A stretch of 64,000 nucleotides of DNA from NCBI GenBank assembly GCA_965287045.1, contig OZ336885.1, forward strand, positions 65,720,001 to 65,784,000. The letters run 5' to 3'. How positions within the stretch are numbered: the stretch's first letter is position 1; the number at the start of each line of letters is the position of its first letter. Source of the DNA: Carcharhinus amblyrhynchos. Taxonomy: Eukaryota. Positions 26,725 through 40,492 of the stretch are shown piece after piece. The notes beneath the pieces were generated by a model that saw nothing but the letters and a program-made list of their open reading frames with translations, ran no database searches and was not told the origin of the DNA. A program made the position numbers and the translations under genes.

Positions 26725-27870
26725 GTGAGTACCCTGCATTATTTTCCGTGCGGAAAATCCACCTCGCGGAGACATTGCTGTCATGAGAGATACTAAAGTG
26801 CTCTTCTTGTTTTTGCTTTTATAACAATCAATGTCTTTCTGTAACATAACTGGTAATTTTAAATATACATGTTTGCCACAAAGTTTGTCAATAAGCATAC
26901 ATTTCCTAAGCCAACAAAGATTCTGACCGGCGGGTGCTTAGTCTTCCCTCAACTCGAGCTGGAAATTCTTGCCCCGGTTATACGATATCTGTATTGACCA
27001 GCACTTGTCACTTTGATTCCGTTGCGGAATGTCCTGTCCTGTTCACTGAATGTCAGATTTTTTTCCCCTATGATAAAATATCCCTGGTGCGAAACAGTTG
27101 AAGCAAAATGATAAAAGATGGAGACTGTCGCATAAGTACATTTTACCGTCATATATGCAGTAGAGGCCATACCCTGATGTGGTGCTTCCGATTCGGACCA
27201 ATTAAAAACATAACGAAGTTTGAAATTTGACTGTGCCAACAAAAGGTCAATAAAATTGGGACAATGAATGAATGTTGGTTGTGGAATACGTTAGTAGATA
27301 TCTATAATTCTCAGTTTGTGGTGAGACAAAAATACAGAAGTTTGGGGGCGGGGCGGGTGGAGGGGGAGGGCGGAGGCGGTGGTCAAACAGTCTGATGGGA
27401 TTTTTTTTTTCATTTCGCCCATTCACAATTTTACCCGGATATTTGGCTTTGTCTCCGAAATCGACAAATGGACGAATGCAGAATTCAATATCTCTTTCCA
27501 TGCATATCATTTTATGCTCCTGTCTTTGTGCAACCTAACATCGCTTCAATGATCCTGGCTGGAATTTATAATTTAACTTGTATACCCCTCACTGGAATTT
27601 GTAAGTTAACGGCGCCTCGAGCTGAAGACAATGCAAAATATTTTGGATGAGAATTGAAATGTTGCCTAATGATGGCTAATAAGACAGGAATTTGAATTTA
27701 TCCTGTCGCGTTTTAGCACGAAGGCAATTTTCGTTTTAATTTGGCTGCAGAGCCAAACATACATAAAATGTAGTTGTAGATTTCGGTAAAATATGCATTC
27801 TCACAATAGAGGTTAGCTTTTTCGTCCATATATTGTGAACACACAATTAGCTTTGCATTCCAGGTGAATA

Positions 27871-28180
27871 GGCAGCAGGGCGACACAATGGTTAGTACTG
27901 CTGCCTCACAGCTCCAGTGCCCCGGTTTCGATTCGTGGCGTGCGTCACTGTCTTGGGGGCATTGCACATCCTCACCGTGTCTGCGTGGGTTTCTTCCGGG
28001 TGCTCAGGTTTCCTCCCACAGTCCGAAAGACGTGTTGGCCATGTTCATTTGGCGTGCTAAATTCTCCCCCAGTCTAACCGAACAGGCGCCGAAGTATGGC
28101 GAGGAAGGGAACTTCACAGCAATTTTATTGAACTGTGAATGTAAGCCTAAGTTGACAGTAATAAATGAACTTAAAAAAAA
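27871..28180 (+). mobile_element. tRNA-derived SINE (HE1-like head)
   Basis: Pol III A-box-like tggttagtactg and B-box-like gtttcgattcg, core ccgtgtctgcgtgggtttc, A-rich tail. Confidence 0.85.
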
Positions 28181-28671
28181 ACCCTATAGACATGCTTTGT
28201 TTGATTGAACTAAAGCACGTTAGCATTGAGGGTGAATTGGTAACTGTGCACTTGTGAATCCACCTTCTCAGTCCACAACGCTGTGCGAGATTATCACAAT
28301 TGGGGTCCTTTCATACAGGATTTCACCACGACCGGCTTTTCGACAACAAGATAATGCCAGAAAAGTTCATGAGGCTATGCCCAATAGATTCAATCATCAC
28401 ATCTTTCCTCACTGTAATTGCAAGATGGTAAATAAACACATTATACAACATTTACAATGAACAACGGCGATCCAACCTTTGTGAATCAACACCGCTCTTT
28501 CTCACCGTTAGCATTTCGCAACACCCTTCATTCTATAATTCTTAATGATCAAACCGTAAACAAACAAAAACGAATAATAATACTGATTAGTTGTTTTGTG
28601 GAAATAAATCGAGTTACATTTCATTATTCCTAACTCATAATGTACACAATTCCATGTGCACTTATAATCAG

Positions 28672-28698
28672 GTTCACAGCATTTGCTAAAAATGGAAG
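28672..28698 (+). CDS. Micro-exon, 27 nt, phase 1-1 (SSQHLLKME)
   Basis: Acceptor cttataatcag (same aatcag|G as exon 21906), donor AAG|gtaatt, open frame. Confidence 0.6.
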
Positions 28699-28799
28699 GT
28701 AATTAATGTTGATCATCTCTTTTCTTCAAGTGCATTATTAATGTTATTACACTGATATCCATTGTTTACCCCACTTCCATATCTAATATTCGTTACCCC

Positions 28800-31460
28800 A
28801 TTATGTCAACCTGTTACAACCCAAGGCGCCATCATGGCAGCCACACTTCCAGCCGGAGGATCCTGCACATTGATGCCAGTGAAGGAGATCCCACAATGCA
28901 CTGTTACTGTGAAAATCAAGATGCACAACTCATTCGCTGGTGAAAGCAGATCGCATGCATTTTTCAGTTACTTATATCATCTGCCATGGCAGCACAACTC
29001 CCACGAGAGATTGCCTTCCAAACCCCAACCTCTCCAGGACACTACATGTCGCTTAGTTTCCTGTTACCCACAATGCAGATGTGCGCCCACGTAGTAGTTT
29101 GCGTGCGGAGCCGAGTTAAGTGTAGGGACAGGTTTGCGCTGGAGCAACGGCACAATAGCTTATAGCGAGTCGTCATCACCCACCTGCATTCCACACAAAC
29201 TCACTAACGCCGCATACACAGGCCCACCACTCTGCTGTTACAATTTTGCAGAAGATTGTAGGACAGCACAAAGGAGACAGAGGGGGGAAACAATTCAACA
29301 CATGTGCGGCAACACACGTCCCTGGAAGCCACAGCAAGATGTCAATTGTTTTCCTCGCCGCGCTCACACGCCTTATTGTCACCAGTTCTCCAGTACCTAC
29401 GTGGTGTTGCTCGTCTTTGTTATTGCTTCATCCTCATCCTCCTCTTCCTCAGCTTCTTCTTCTTTCCCTTCCTCGTCATCCTCGACAGTTTTCTCCTTCT
29501 TCTGATGACCCTGTCGTTGGCCTGCCTTCATGCCCTCCACCTCCCAGAGTTTTCATGACTCCATCGCCACATTGTGTAGGGCATAGCACCTGGATACAAT
29601 GAAGAACAATATCAGCAGGTTATATTGGAGGGGCCAAATTGCAGCCCAGAGACCTGAAAAATATTTTGACGCACCCTACGTACCGCTCCACTAATCAATG
29701 GGTGGAAACGGGTGTCTCATTATATCAGGTCTCCGCCTCAGCATCAGGCCGCTACACCGGCATCATCAGCCAAATCCGATTTGGGTACACCATGCACCCA
29801 ATGATCCATCATTGAACACTGGGTTCCCTCTTAAATATCACCGGAACACCGGAGCTTCACATCAGAAACTGTTATGCATTTTGTTGCTCGCGTGTCTGCC
29901 GCAGATGCGCACGATATTCAGTAGACGGTGGCACAACAGCAAAACACCGATTGACTGGCGCCGTTTTTCGTGGAGCCTTCAGAATGCTGCACTGTATTCT
30001 TGATGGTGGCATGGGTGCAGTCACTGCCCGCTTGCACATTTGTATCCATACGTTGGCCACAAATCCTGATGGGTCAGATCAAGGTCAAATTTAATATATT
30101 GGCAGTCAAGCATTTAGGCATCCTTTAAGTCATTCACACACATGTGGACGGAAAATTGGGAAAATCCACCAAGCTCTCTACTGGTGTTATGGAAGGACCC
30201 CGTGGCATAAAAAAAAACTTAAGGTTGCTGTCACTTTCACAGCCAAAGAGAATGGGTGCGCCCATTACCAACAAATGGTACACTGTTGCACTGTTGCCTG
30301 TTGGAAACGGAGCACTCGGTGACACATGATATCTGAGATTTGCTCAAAAGTCAGTCGGGTGCATAATTGGCAGGATCCCCATTTCCTCCTTTCCCAGCCT
30401 ATTCGGATCGAATGGCGGCGATGACATTCCTCCGGAGCCGTCTCCCTCTCTTCCTTCTAAACATAACGCCTTGGCCTCTTCTGCCCGCAAATCGCCCATC
30501 TCTGCCTCATGTTCAGCAACATCAGAAAAACAACACGATCAGTTGTTTGCACTTCAAAATACATCACATCTATCTAATGAGGGATTTGTGGAAGGGGGAG
30601 ACAGATGAAGAAGATAGAAGACTCTGCTCGCCCCCAGCCCAGCAACACACACTCTGCATGCATCCCCTCTGCCGAAAGCAACAAACACACCTCGGCATTT
30701 CCTCACATTTTCCCAGCAAGGCATCTTCTTCAAAGACCCAAAGCAACCAATCAAGACATTCTCCCCATACTCACATAAGCCACCAGCAGCACTCACGCTG
30801 CATAACCCACATCCTCCCCCCAGCGCACATTCACCACACCAACCATTAGTCCCTAAACTGGCAACACATTCATCTCATCTTCCCCCTCTCCCACTTACAA
30901 ACACACAGCCAGAAACCATGCATTTGTGGTCCATTCAGTGCTGCTTTTCAGATCATGAGCCGGCAGTACGGCCAGTGCAGAGCGTTTCCAGCCTATCCTC
31001 CACGATCAACTCTGGTTGTTGCTGCTAGCACTGGGACCAAGAATCAGTGGTAAGACCTCAGGTCAACAGTCTGACCGGCTCCAATCTGAGAGACAGATTT
31101 CAGATCCCATAGCCAACTGCAGCAACCAACCTCAAGTAGACACTGGGAGCTTCGTCCAGCGACCCGGAAGACAACATAAACATCCCGCTGAGCAGCAAGG
31201 AGCAGTGAGAAAACACAGAGTTACCTCCTTACTCACTCCTACTGCTCAGGCGTCTGAATGCAATTTTTCGCATTTGAATTGTTTTACTGGCCAATCAATC
31301 GATATCGAACGAGATACTTATGACAGGAAGCCAGCGGTGACTGCGAATGAAACTCGTTGAAACATAGCGATGAATTAAAAAAAACGCTTTGCCTATTTGA
31401 GGCGGAGCATAAATCGCGCTGTTGTTTTATTTTCCTCTGGTAAGATGGAAATGTGTGAGA
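28800..31460 (-). mobile_element. Decayed autonomous PIF/Harbinger transposon; transposase remnant at ~29420-30480
   Basis: Across frameshifts the minus strand reads LAVKVTATL..YATGSF, DCTH, WLMMPV, ET*YNE, LVERYVG, LQY, CYALHNVA, then an acidic tail, matching HARBI1-like DDE transposases. Outer boundaries approximate. Confidence 0.85.
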
Positions 31461-31489
31461 CAACGACACCATTCCGGCTAGTCGCATAA

Positions 31490-31620
31490 TGCCCGATTTT
31501 ACCATTTTTTCTTCCGCCGCAAAACGGACGCGAAGAAGTCCTAAAACACTACCTCTTCCCCACCACCCCCAAGTGTCCGCAGCATCGCATTTATGCATCC
31601 CAGATTGGTCTCCTATGATG
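31490..31620 (+). mobile_element. Harbinger terminal fragment
   Basis: gcccgattttaccatt matches the TIRs at 23889 and 24613. Confidence 0.5.
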
Positions 31621-31972
31621 CAAATTGCGAAATATTCCTGAAAACTTCTTTTTTTATTATCCACATCTGAATAAAACCAAATAAGAGAACAATTAAATTC
31701 GATACTTGCGTTGCACAATTATAGCAAACCATTAGCAACGCCCAGGCTGTCGGAGAGATGCCACCATTCGTACGTCCTCTACTACACTGATATTCTAATC
31801 GAGCTGATTTTCAGTTTGTCTCCCGAAATGTGTCTTAATGGTGAGGGTTGCTGTCTCTTTTGTTTTAAGAATGTTCTTTCTTATTGAATACATACATTTT
31901 TCTGCTTATGTGGTCCCACGTAATAATATTTTTTTTTCACTTTTGTTGACGCATATAAATACACGGTTTCAG

Positions 31973-32008
31973 AAATTCAACGACTAGAAGATGAACTGAA
32001 GAATGCAA
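31973..32008 (+). CDS. Micro-exon, 36 nt, phase 1-1 (EIQRLEDELKNA)
   Basis: Acceptor acggtttcag, donor CAA|gtaagg; coiled-coil-like peptide; similar to exon 16036. Confidence 0.75.
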
Positions 32009-32160
32009 GTAAGGATCCGCGTTGTTAAATATGTTCTCAATTCAAATTTATTTCGCTATTGAAAAAATTGTCTAACCTGTCCCTTTGCACAGTGTGTTAA
32101 TGTACATCCCAGCAAAAACCGCCTCCCTTCCGTCATAACTGGCGGGGGGGGGGGGGGGGG

Positions 32161-32509
32161 GGGGGGCGCAGGGTAGCACATTGGTTAGCGCTGCTTCTTC
32201 ACTGCTCCAGGGTCCTGGGTTTGATTCCCGCCTCGGGTCACTGTCTGTGGAGTTTGCACATTCTCCTCGTCTCTGCGCGGGTTTCCGTCCGGTACTCCGG
32301 TTCCCTCCCACAGTCCAAAGATGTGCGGATTAGGATGATTGGCCATGATAAGAAATTACCCCTTATTATCCAGTGTTGTATAGGTTAGAGGGGTTAGTGG
32401 GTATAATATGTAGGGAAATGGGAGTAGGGCCTGGGTGGGATTGTGTTCCGTGCAGACTCGATGGGCCGAAGGGCCTCTTTCTGCACTGTAGGGTTCTATG
32501 ATTCTATGA
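32161..32509 (+). mobile_element. tRNA-derived SINE with CR1-type 3' tail (HE1-like), preceded by poly-G
   Basis: A/B boxes, core, tail gggccgaagggcctc...ttctatgattctatga. Confidence 0.9.
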
Positions 32510-33109
32510 ACTTTGACCTGCTTCACGGTATCTCGATTTTAAAATATCATTTCTTAATCACAAGCTCCCTCTATGAATCTCACTTGCCCATATACCTATG
32601 AAGTATGTCGTCAACCACATCTGTTTTCTGCCAATTCTTCGTCAATAACAGCCCTGAGCTTTCGGACTATGCGGCAACACAACTTTTATTCGTATGGTAA
32701 ACTGCGATAGCTAGTTTAATCAAAAACATACCTCCTCATGGATTTGTTGCTTTCCTTAAAGTGGTCTTTCATCCGTGCACGAGAACCAAATATTTCGCCA
32801 ACTCCAAAGTATGTTTGTGACCAATCCTGTAAAGATATAACACTTAAGTTCAGTTCATCGTTCATGCCAAGAACGTGGATGGAGTCGCTTTTAAAAAAAA
32901 ACTCCCAAGATTGATTTATAGGGAAAGCGTTATGTCTTCTGGCGGCAGCATGCCACCTCCGATTTTGATGACGTGAATGTCAGCAGATTATGCTGTCAAG
33001 GAGTTGTGTTTGAATAACTCTTTTCCACCGTAAGGAACGATCATACTGTTCGATACTATAAAGGAACACAACAAATATGTCTGTGATTTGAAAATTAAGG
33101 AGGGTTGGA

Positions 33110-33440
33110 TTCATACGGAAAATAAAATGAAAAGCATCATATATGACTGAAGCCATACTCTCTTTCGACGTTTCTGTCAGGATGAGTAAAAAGACTGAAT
33201 ATCTGGAAACACGTATCAAGAGACACATGAATAGATTCTTCCCTGCCACCATTATGTTTTTGCCACGCATTAAGCTGGCCTATCTCGTCAACCTATTAGT
33301 AGTTACAAAACTGTTTTCTTCACTTCATCCTTTCTTTCTCCCTATGTACTCTATTAGCAGTATGCTTCGTCTGTAAACACACGCATGGAATAATGTTCCT
33401 CACTGTATCCCATTCGATGTGACAATAATGAATCAATGCA
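33110..33440 (+). mobile_element. Rex1/Babar 3' end, decayed
   Basis: LETRIKRHMNRFFPATI (cf. LRTRTNRLKNSFFPAAI). Confidence 0.65.
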
Positions 33441-34060
33441 ATTCATTTTGAGCCATTGAAGTTCAAAATAATTGACATGAAATTTAATAATTCAACTTGG
33501 CTGCTTGGCTATGCTGAAGAATACTGGGCGATGTGTTTCTTTTCCACATTTTGCTGCCACACATTTTCTGTAATAGAACGGCAATCGTAGTTAAAATAGA
33601 ATCTTAATTTTCCATGACCACTGAACGTGGAAGATGACTGTTAGTTCTGTGAACTTTAAGTTTGTCAAGCTTTCACTTTCATAATTTTCTGTTGTTCATG
33701 CTTCAATGCATACGTTTTATCCATGAGATCCACATAAGATGTCTGTTTTTATTTAATGTAAGAACAGATTTTAAAAATTGCTAGATTAATGATAAATAGT
33801 TAACATCGTGAAAATTCATCCTCGGGATACGCCTTGTTCATCGTTAGATATCTTGTGGTAGGGGGATGTCGTCTATATCACTGATTTGAATGTATGCAAT
33901 TGTCGTCTATAAAATGCAGGATGACTTCAGGCACGTTGTTCAAGTTGTCCAGCAGCAGACCATCCACGATCATCTATCAACCATTCTGAATATTTATGTT
34001 CGTTCGACATCATTATTCATGGATAAATGTTCATTATGCCCTTTCACAATTGTCGTGCAG

Positions 34061-34087
34061 GGAACAAGTTCAAAGAAGAAGAGCCGG
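34061..34087 (+). CDS. Micro-exon, 27 nt, phase 1-1 (RNKFKEEEP)
   Basis: Acceptor ctttcacaattgtcgtgcag, donor CGG|gtaaga, open frame. Confidence 0.7.
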
Positions 34088-35785
34088 GTAAGAAAAACAA
34101 TAAGCACAGTAATGAGCACAGATTTTTTAAAATATATATTATTTCCACAACGTTTGCGTGCTTGTTGATCGTCGTTTCAAAGACACCAAAACGTCTGCCA
34201 ATACTCTGAACTATTTCAAGCATCTACTGCATGAAGTGCAGTGCGAATGACCAAAACAGGGGATGCAAAATGTTCAACTGTTGAAGTGAAAACCTTTAAC
34301 GCGGCAATCCGTACCACGATTTAATATGTCACCTCTAGACAATAATATGCACGCTGCCTACTCAGAGCTTCAAGAGTCAGATGTCTCATTATACCTGCGG
34401 TATTTGTCATCTAGGTGAAGTGTTGCTTCTGCACCGGAAGTTAGTGCTGGAATTTCGAGGACACTACATGTAGTTTTGAACTGCTGACGTCATAAATCAT
34501 ATTCTAATGGCGGGAACAGATGCGAACATGTTCGCGAGTCCAATCGATAGGATACAGCAATTGTCATATAACATTCAATTTGGGGACTCAAATCCAAGGC
34601 CACCAGCAGGTACAGCCCCGCAGAGTGTTATTTCTATTTGGCATTCCATAATTCAGGGAATGCTATAGGCTTTGTTTGACTGAACAGAATTAGAAACATG
34701 CAGGCCACAAGCCAATTTGAATCGCATTAGGGTCCACGAAAATATGAGTTAAAGCATCCACTGCGTTGACACTATTTGGTGTGCTGAGAATATACTGCAA
34801 ACTCGTTGGTTAATTTGCTGTTGCTTACCTCGGAATCTGTGAGCATGACACTTTCTAACTGATTAAACTTACTGCCTCCGAATTGTATCAAGCTATTGAT
34901 TTTGATTTTCCTGTCAAAATAAAAGATCGCCTCGCGGGAGTTGAAAGGCTGTGGCGGCTATTGGGAAATCCAGTTATGTTTTCTCACGTGACAACAACAA
35001 TAATACACCTCTATTTGTGCCCACGCCCATGGGGGTGGGCATGATTTTATCAATCAAACCACAATTATCTATGCTAGATAAAAAGGAAATGAGAGTAGAC
35101 ATCCACAAAATATCTGAGGTTGGAATGCAGAAAAAGTGTTCAAACAATGTCAGGCAGGGTCTGTAATAATGATCATCATAAGTTTCGAACAGACTCCGTC
35201 ATCAATACGTACAGTTAGGAAGGAATTTCCCCTCAGATGGCATGGCAATGCATAGAAATATGACCCACAGCCGAATTATGCGACTTCCACTGGAAGCATT
35301 AGGGACGGCTTTGAATCGGAGGGCTCCTTAAATTTTATCATGAGAGGGAAAATGGTTATTTCAAGCAGCCCGTATCTACATTATTTGACAGCCATTCCCG
35401 ATCACCATTAGTTTCAGCTTGGTTTAATAGTATGTTTGCACCAAATGGTGCAGAAAAGGATTTGCAGGCACAAGGAAGATAGGAAGCGAAATTGTTGTCA
35501 ATGCCAGCTTTAATTAGTCTATAAATACATTCACTTTCACCTCCTACTTGATTGTACATCATCCATTCGCTTGAAGTCCTCATAAAGCCCTGAATATGCT
35601 GGATTTTGGCTTCTTGCCCCCAAGGTTAAGAAGTGATATTGATAAACACGCTTTCATCTTCCGAGATACCAAACCCAATCGATAAAATGACAGTTCCAGA
35701 TAGCGAAAGTTAGCCTGTCTTAATTAAACACGCAATTGTGATTTTCGTCAGCAATAGTGTAAGCGACTACTATTTGTTAATGCAG

Positions 35786-35812
35786 AAAAAGAAATGGGAA
35801 AGACTGGCAATG
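35786..35812 (+). CDS. Micro-exon, 27 nt, phase 1-1 (EKEMGKTGN)
   Basis: Acceptor tatttgttaatgcag, donor ATG|gtaatt; starts like exon 12515 (AAAnnGAAATGG). Confidence 0.6.
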
Positions 35813-36221
35813 GTAATTATGACCACGACGGCATGTGTTTTTATCTCTCAGAAGTATAACTTTCCTATTCTCCTGCAAAACTATCTCTCTTCAATTTCGC
35901 AATAATAGCAAAACATGCTAAACATATTCCTTTTGCTTCTCCTGGCATGATATTCTACATGTTTATACATGTTAAGCGGCGTTGTCACAATGCATTTCAA
36001 AGCGTCACTCTTTGGCTTTAGAATCAGATTTTAGTCAGCGGCGGAATGCAACTTTGCTATTACAGGTGATATGCAATATTTCATGGAAGACAGATTTTGA
36101 AATGTAAAACTCATTTTACCTCATGCAGCCTTGCAATGGAACACTATATTGGGTGAATTTCTCCCTGTTGTATGAATTTATCTTTTTTTTTATACATAGA
36201 AATGCCTTTTTTGTTCTATAG

Positions 36222-36248
36222 CTTTGGATGCAATGGACCAAACGACAA
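36222..36248 (+). CDS. Micro-exon, 27 nt, phase 1-1 (ALDAMDQTT)
   Basis: Strong acceptor ccttttttgttctatag, donor CAA|gtaact, open frame. Confidence 0.65.
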
Positions 36249-36977
36249 GTAACTTATTAAATATGTCACGTTTTAGATTTTTTTTTCCCCCAAAAAAATT
36301 GAATTTCAACACAACCATTGTTCCTTTTGGTATAAGTAACCCACTATCATCGTTTTCGAGGGAACCACTGAATTGTGTACAACTTAGGTAAAGCTTTACG
36401 AAGGAAATAAGTCTCTCTCTCTCTCTCTCTCCATCTCTATCAAGTCTTGCGCACTTTTAACCAGGGTAGTCCCTGAAATTGCCTGTACGCTTTTGACACT
36501 AGCTCATATGTACTCAACACGGCTTTTCTGCTCCCATTCCGACTCACTGTCTTCCTCACTGCACTCAAAGTTTCTTTTTTAACCCGCCATGTTCGCTAAA
36601 TGTTCATTTTCTTTTAATGTTCAGTTTCTGAAGTTCAAGTTCTTTATTTTTTCCTCCCCCTCTTTCTTATTATCCCTTTATACTGCATTTAGTCGCAACT
36701 CAAGTTGTTTCTTTTTTTTCACCTTGAACATTTTTTTGTTACTTATTCTGCTGTAGTTGTCTTTCTTCCCCGTGTTTCCTACTTTATATTTTTACCTTTA
36801 TTCTAATTCAATCGGGTGAATTTGTAAATTATTTCTCCCCTTCCCACTGTTTCTTGCTGTGTTTCTAGCAATTCTAATTGTGCAGATGTCACCCCAATTT
36901 CCCTCAATTTTGGGGGTCTTTCAGTAATGGCGATCGCAGCCTTCCTCAAAAAAAAACTTTATTTCCGTCACCACTCA

Positions 36978-37272
36978 GGGGCGTCACCGCAGCACAGTGT
37001 TTAGCACTGCTGCGACACGGCGCCAGGAACTCGTGTTCGATTCTCATCACGTGTCACTATCTGTCTAGAATATGCAAGTTTTCCCCGTGTCTGCGTCGAT
37101 TTCCTTGGGTGCTCCCGTTTCCTCCCACAGTTCAAAAGTCGTGTTCGTTGGTGGCATTGACCAGAATATGCACAAGATTGTGGAGACTAGGGATTTTTCA
37201 CTTGAACTTCATTGCTGTGGTAATACAATTCTACTTGCGACTGAAGAAAAAATAATGAACTTTAACTTTAAA
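36978..37272 (+). mobile_element. tRNA-derived SINE (family of 27871-28180)
   Basis: A/B boxes, core ccccgtgtctgcgt, (aacttt)n tail. Confidence 0.8.
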
Positions 37273-37819
37273 CCATTTTAAAAACTTTTTCCACCCCCAG
37301 TAAACCATTCGCCTCTAAAAAAAAGTTATTCTCCAAAGCACTCCCCATGTACTCCGAAACCAACAACTGAAAATAATACGCAAATATACTCACGAATAAT
37401 TGTCCTTAAATAAAAAAATCCAAAACAAAACAAAGAATATTGATATTAAACATTCAAAAGAGCTTGCAGTTATAATGTGCAGGCTCGAAATCCCAATGCA
37501 TTTAATGAAGTTAGTCTCAGTTTATTTAACTTTTGATTTTTGTACCGCTGAGCAGAAGTTTCGGTCCCGTACGATACAGGTGACCCAATGGAAATGTATT
37601 CTCAATAATGTTTTTATGATCACTGCTAAATGCAACATAACATAATTAACAGAACTCTTATCAATATTAATATTCAACTATGATAGTGTATAAAACTTAA
37701 CAGTTAGCTATCTTGCTTTGCATTTTCAAAACCCATCACACAGGTATTTATCACTTACTATGTTTTACAAAGAAAAACACGTATGCTCACTGATGCTCAC
37801 TTGTTCTGTTTTTTTTCAG

Positions 37820-37860
37820 CTTTCGCAAAATCTACTGTGATTTGGGTTTTCGAATGTTAG
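37820..37860 (+). CDS. Phase-1 exon: internal 36-nt exon (to 37855) or terminal exon TFAKSTVIWVFEC*
   Basis: Very strong acceptor ttgttctgttttttttcag with ctcac branch-like motifs; weak donor AAT|gttaga overlaps the TAG at 37858-37860; ATTAAA downstream at ~37936. Confidence 0.5.
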
Positions 37861-39336
37861 AACAAATCTAAGCGTCTTCTCTGCCTGGATCAATCAAACT
37901 CATATCAAGCTCCACTGAGAAATTCCCACGACAGGATTAAAGCATAAGACACGTCATTTGTCCAGATTTAAATAAGCATGATGCTCGTCACTTTTTTTCA
38001 CTCACAATGACAGGGCACCGGTAACATATATCACAGCAGGGCAAAACAAAAACTTCCAAGCAGGTGATTATAATGAAATTCATAAGGGGCAGTGTCACCA
38101 CAATCGATATAGAAAAACGACTATCCAAACCTGTTGTCCAGCAAAGGGCAGCAGAGTGGCGACTCTGACCGACTGTCGGGGAAAGATTTGCATCTTCAGG
38201 ACTGTCACGACTTTCAGAAGCGGGATCAAAGATAAATAGTGGTGCTTGTAGGAACTGTTGTCAAGGGTCAGTTGAAGTCCAAAATGAAATGCCTCCCTCC
38301 CCGCACCCCCCCCCCGCCCCCCCCCCCCCCCCCCCCCGCCCCCCCCGTCTCCCTGTTCAGGCCAACAAAAGAAAAGACGCTCTGAGGATCAGGAAGCAAG
38401 AGAAAGCCCTGGACTATTCGAATTGTACACGTGTGTGAGTAAGATTGCAGCGGGAGTGAGCTTCAACCAGAGTGAGGGTATCAGGAATTTCAACCTAAGT
38501 AGGAATTTGCTGAAGATGGCAAAGAGGTGTTCATCTTCGAGTGGAGCGGAGAGTCTGACCTCCGTGGGAGGCTCGAGGCCACGTGAGAAGTAAAAAAAGT
38601 TAAACTCTGCGGTCAGAACCATGAAGCAAATAAGTGGTAGCTGACTGATAAGCAGATTTCCTCAATTTGCATCTCTTGTCATTGTAATTGGTGCGGTTGT
38701 TAACTTATGAATCATGGCAGGTGGATCCCAGACCAAGCTGTTCTCCTTTTGTGCAATGCTGCAATGCAGGGACTCTTCCGTGTCTCTAGCGGCTTCACGT
38801 GTAGGAAGTGTGTCCATGTCCTGAATCTGTTGCACCGTGCGACATCCCTGGAGCTGTTGTTGGATGCATTTGAAGCATCTGCGATGCTGAGGGAGATGCC
38901 AAAAACAGGATCAGTGAGTTACTGCAGACAAAACAAAATACTGAAGGGGATAGGAGATGGGTCAACATCTTTCAAATGGAGAGGATCGAAGTAATGCAGT
39001 GGTTCATTGCGTTTATCATCGTCCAAAGCACAAATACCATGTTGAAAACTGTTGGAGAAATGGTTCACCAAGGGGAGGTGGGAACAGCAAGTTAACACCA
39101 TTGTATCTGGCTTTGAGACACAGGAGGTCAGGAGAAAGAGTGACAGACCAATAAGCATAGTGGATTCAATTCCAAGGGGATTGGCAGGCCTTTCTGCGGA
39201 TGAACATGCGACTCTATTATAGTATATTGCCTCCCTGCTGCAAGGGCCAAGGATGACTCAGAGCAACTGCAGTGTATTCTACTAGGGAAACGTGAAGAAT
39301 TGTGGTCCTGCATATTGACACCAATGCCAAAGTTGA

Positions 39337-39338
<2 letters not shown>

Positions 39339-39377
<39 letters not shown>

Positions 39378-39378
39378 A
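39339..39378. repeat. (CA)n microsatellite inside CR1 ORF1
   Basis: Directly visible. Confidence 0.9.
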
Positions 39379-40274
39379 CGAGATGTGGTCCTAAAACCTG
39401 AAATTAAGGAGTTAGGAGTAACATTAAAAGTTAGGAACTCAGAGGCGGTGATTCCAGCTCTGCTACATGTGTAACGAGCCAGGGAGAGTAGGAATGTCAA
39501 TGTATCCGAGGTGGAATGCGTCGCCTGAGGTGTTCAGTAAGCGGAAGGGATACAAATTCCACAGATTTTGGAACCAGCTTTGAGGAAGGTGGGGCCAAAA
39601 CAAATCGACTGTCTGCATCTGGCTAGGCCTGGAACCAATGTCATTGGCGAAGCGTTTGCCAGTTCTCTTGGGGGGAGGGGGGGAGGGACGGCTTTATAAA
39701 CAAACGTAGCAGTGGAATAGGAATTAATTCAAGAAGTCCGAGGGGAGTAGTGTGGAGACAGAATCAAAAAACAGTACGGGGAAAAGTGGAAGGCAGAAAG
39801 GCAAATGAGAAAGAAACAAAAAAGGGCCATATTACGTCATATTTCTCAGGTGATAATAAATGCCAACGAAAAAAATCTGAAATGCCTGTGACTCAGTACG
39901 AGGAGTATTTTAAATACTGAGTTAGCATTAACTGCACAGACAGTCATTAACCACTATGATGTAATTGTGATCGTGAACAGATGGGTCCACGGTGACCATG
40001 GATGGAAGTCAACATGAATGGGTTCTCAATATTCAGGAAATATAGAGGCAAAGGAAAAAAAAAAGTGGAGTATCGTTGCTAGATGAAGACGAGATTGACG
40101 TAATATTAAGAAACAACATTAGACTGGGAGATATAGAATCTGTCGGGTTGGAGTTGCAGAACACAAAAAACAAAAATAGTGGCGATGAGTTAAGACCACC
40201 ACCTAATAATAAGGAGTTTGGGAATGACATCAATAAGGAAATTAGAAATCAGTGCACCAAGATTGCAGCAGACT

Positions 40275-40492
40275 TGCTGAAGCTTCTCACCTGCAGCCCA
40301 GCGATAAAATAAAAGATACTCGCTCGTGCAATTTATGCATAAACTCACTTTATTCTCTTTTACAACTCCACATGCACACTCGAGCACGCAGTGCCAGCTG
40401 GAACCTCTTTATGTCTGTCAGTGAGTGCTATTAAACAATTGCCAACCAAATTAGATCTAAAGTGGAATTTTGCAGTGAGTCCTTTCCTAACC
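40275..40492 (-). repeat. Copia 3' LTR
   Basis: Aligns by eye with 45908-46125 (ctcacttt, tttacaa.tcc.cat.cacac, caaccaaatta); purine tract aaggaaggcgag adjoins it on the minus strand. Confidence 0.75.

Noticed and set aside
27871-37272. tRNA-like A/B boxes at 27871, 32161 and 36978
   Set aside because: SINE heads, not tRNA genes.
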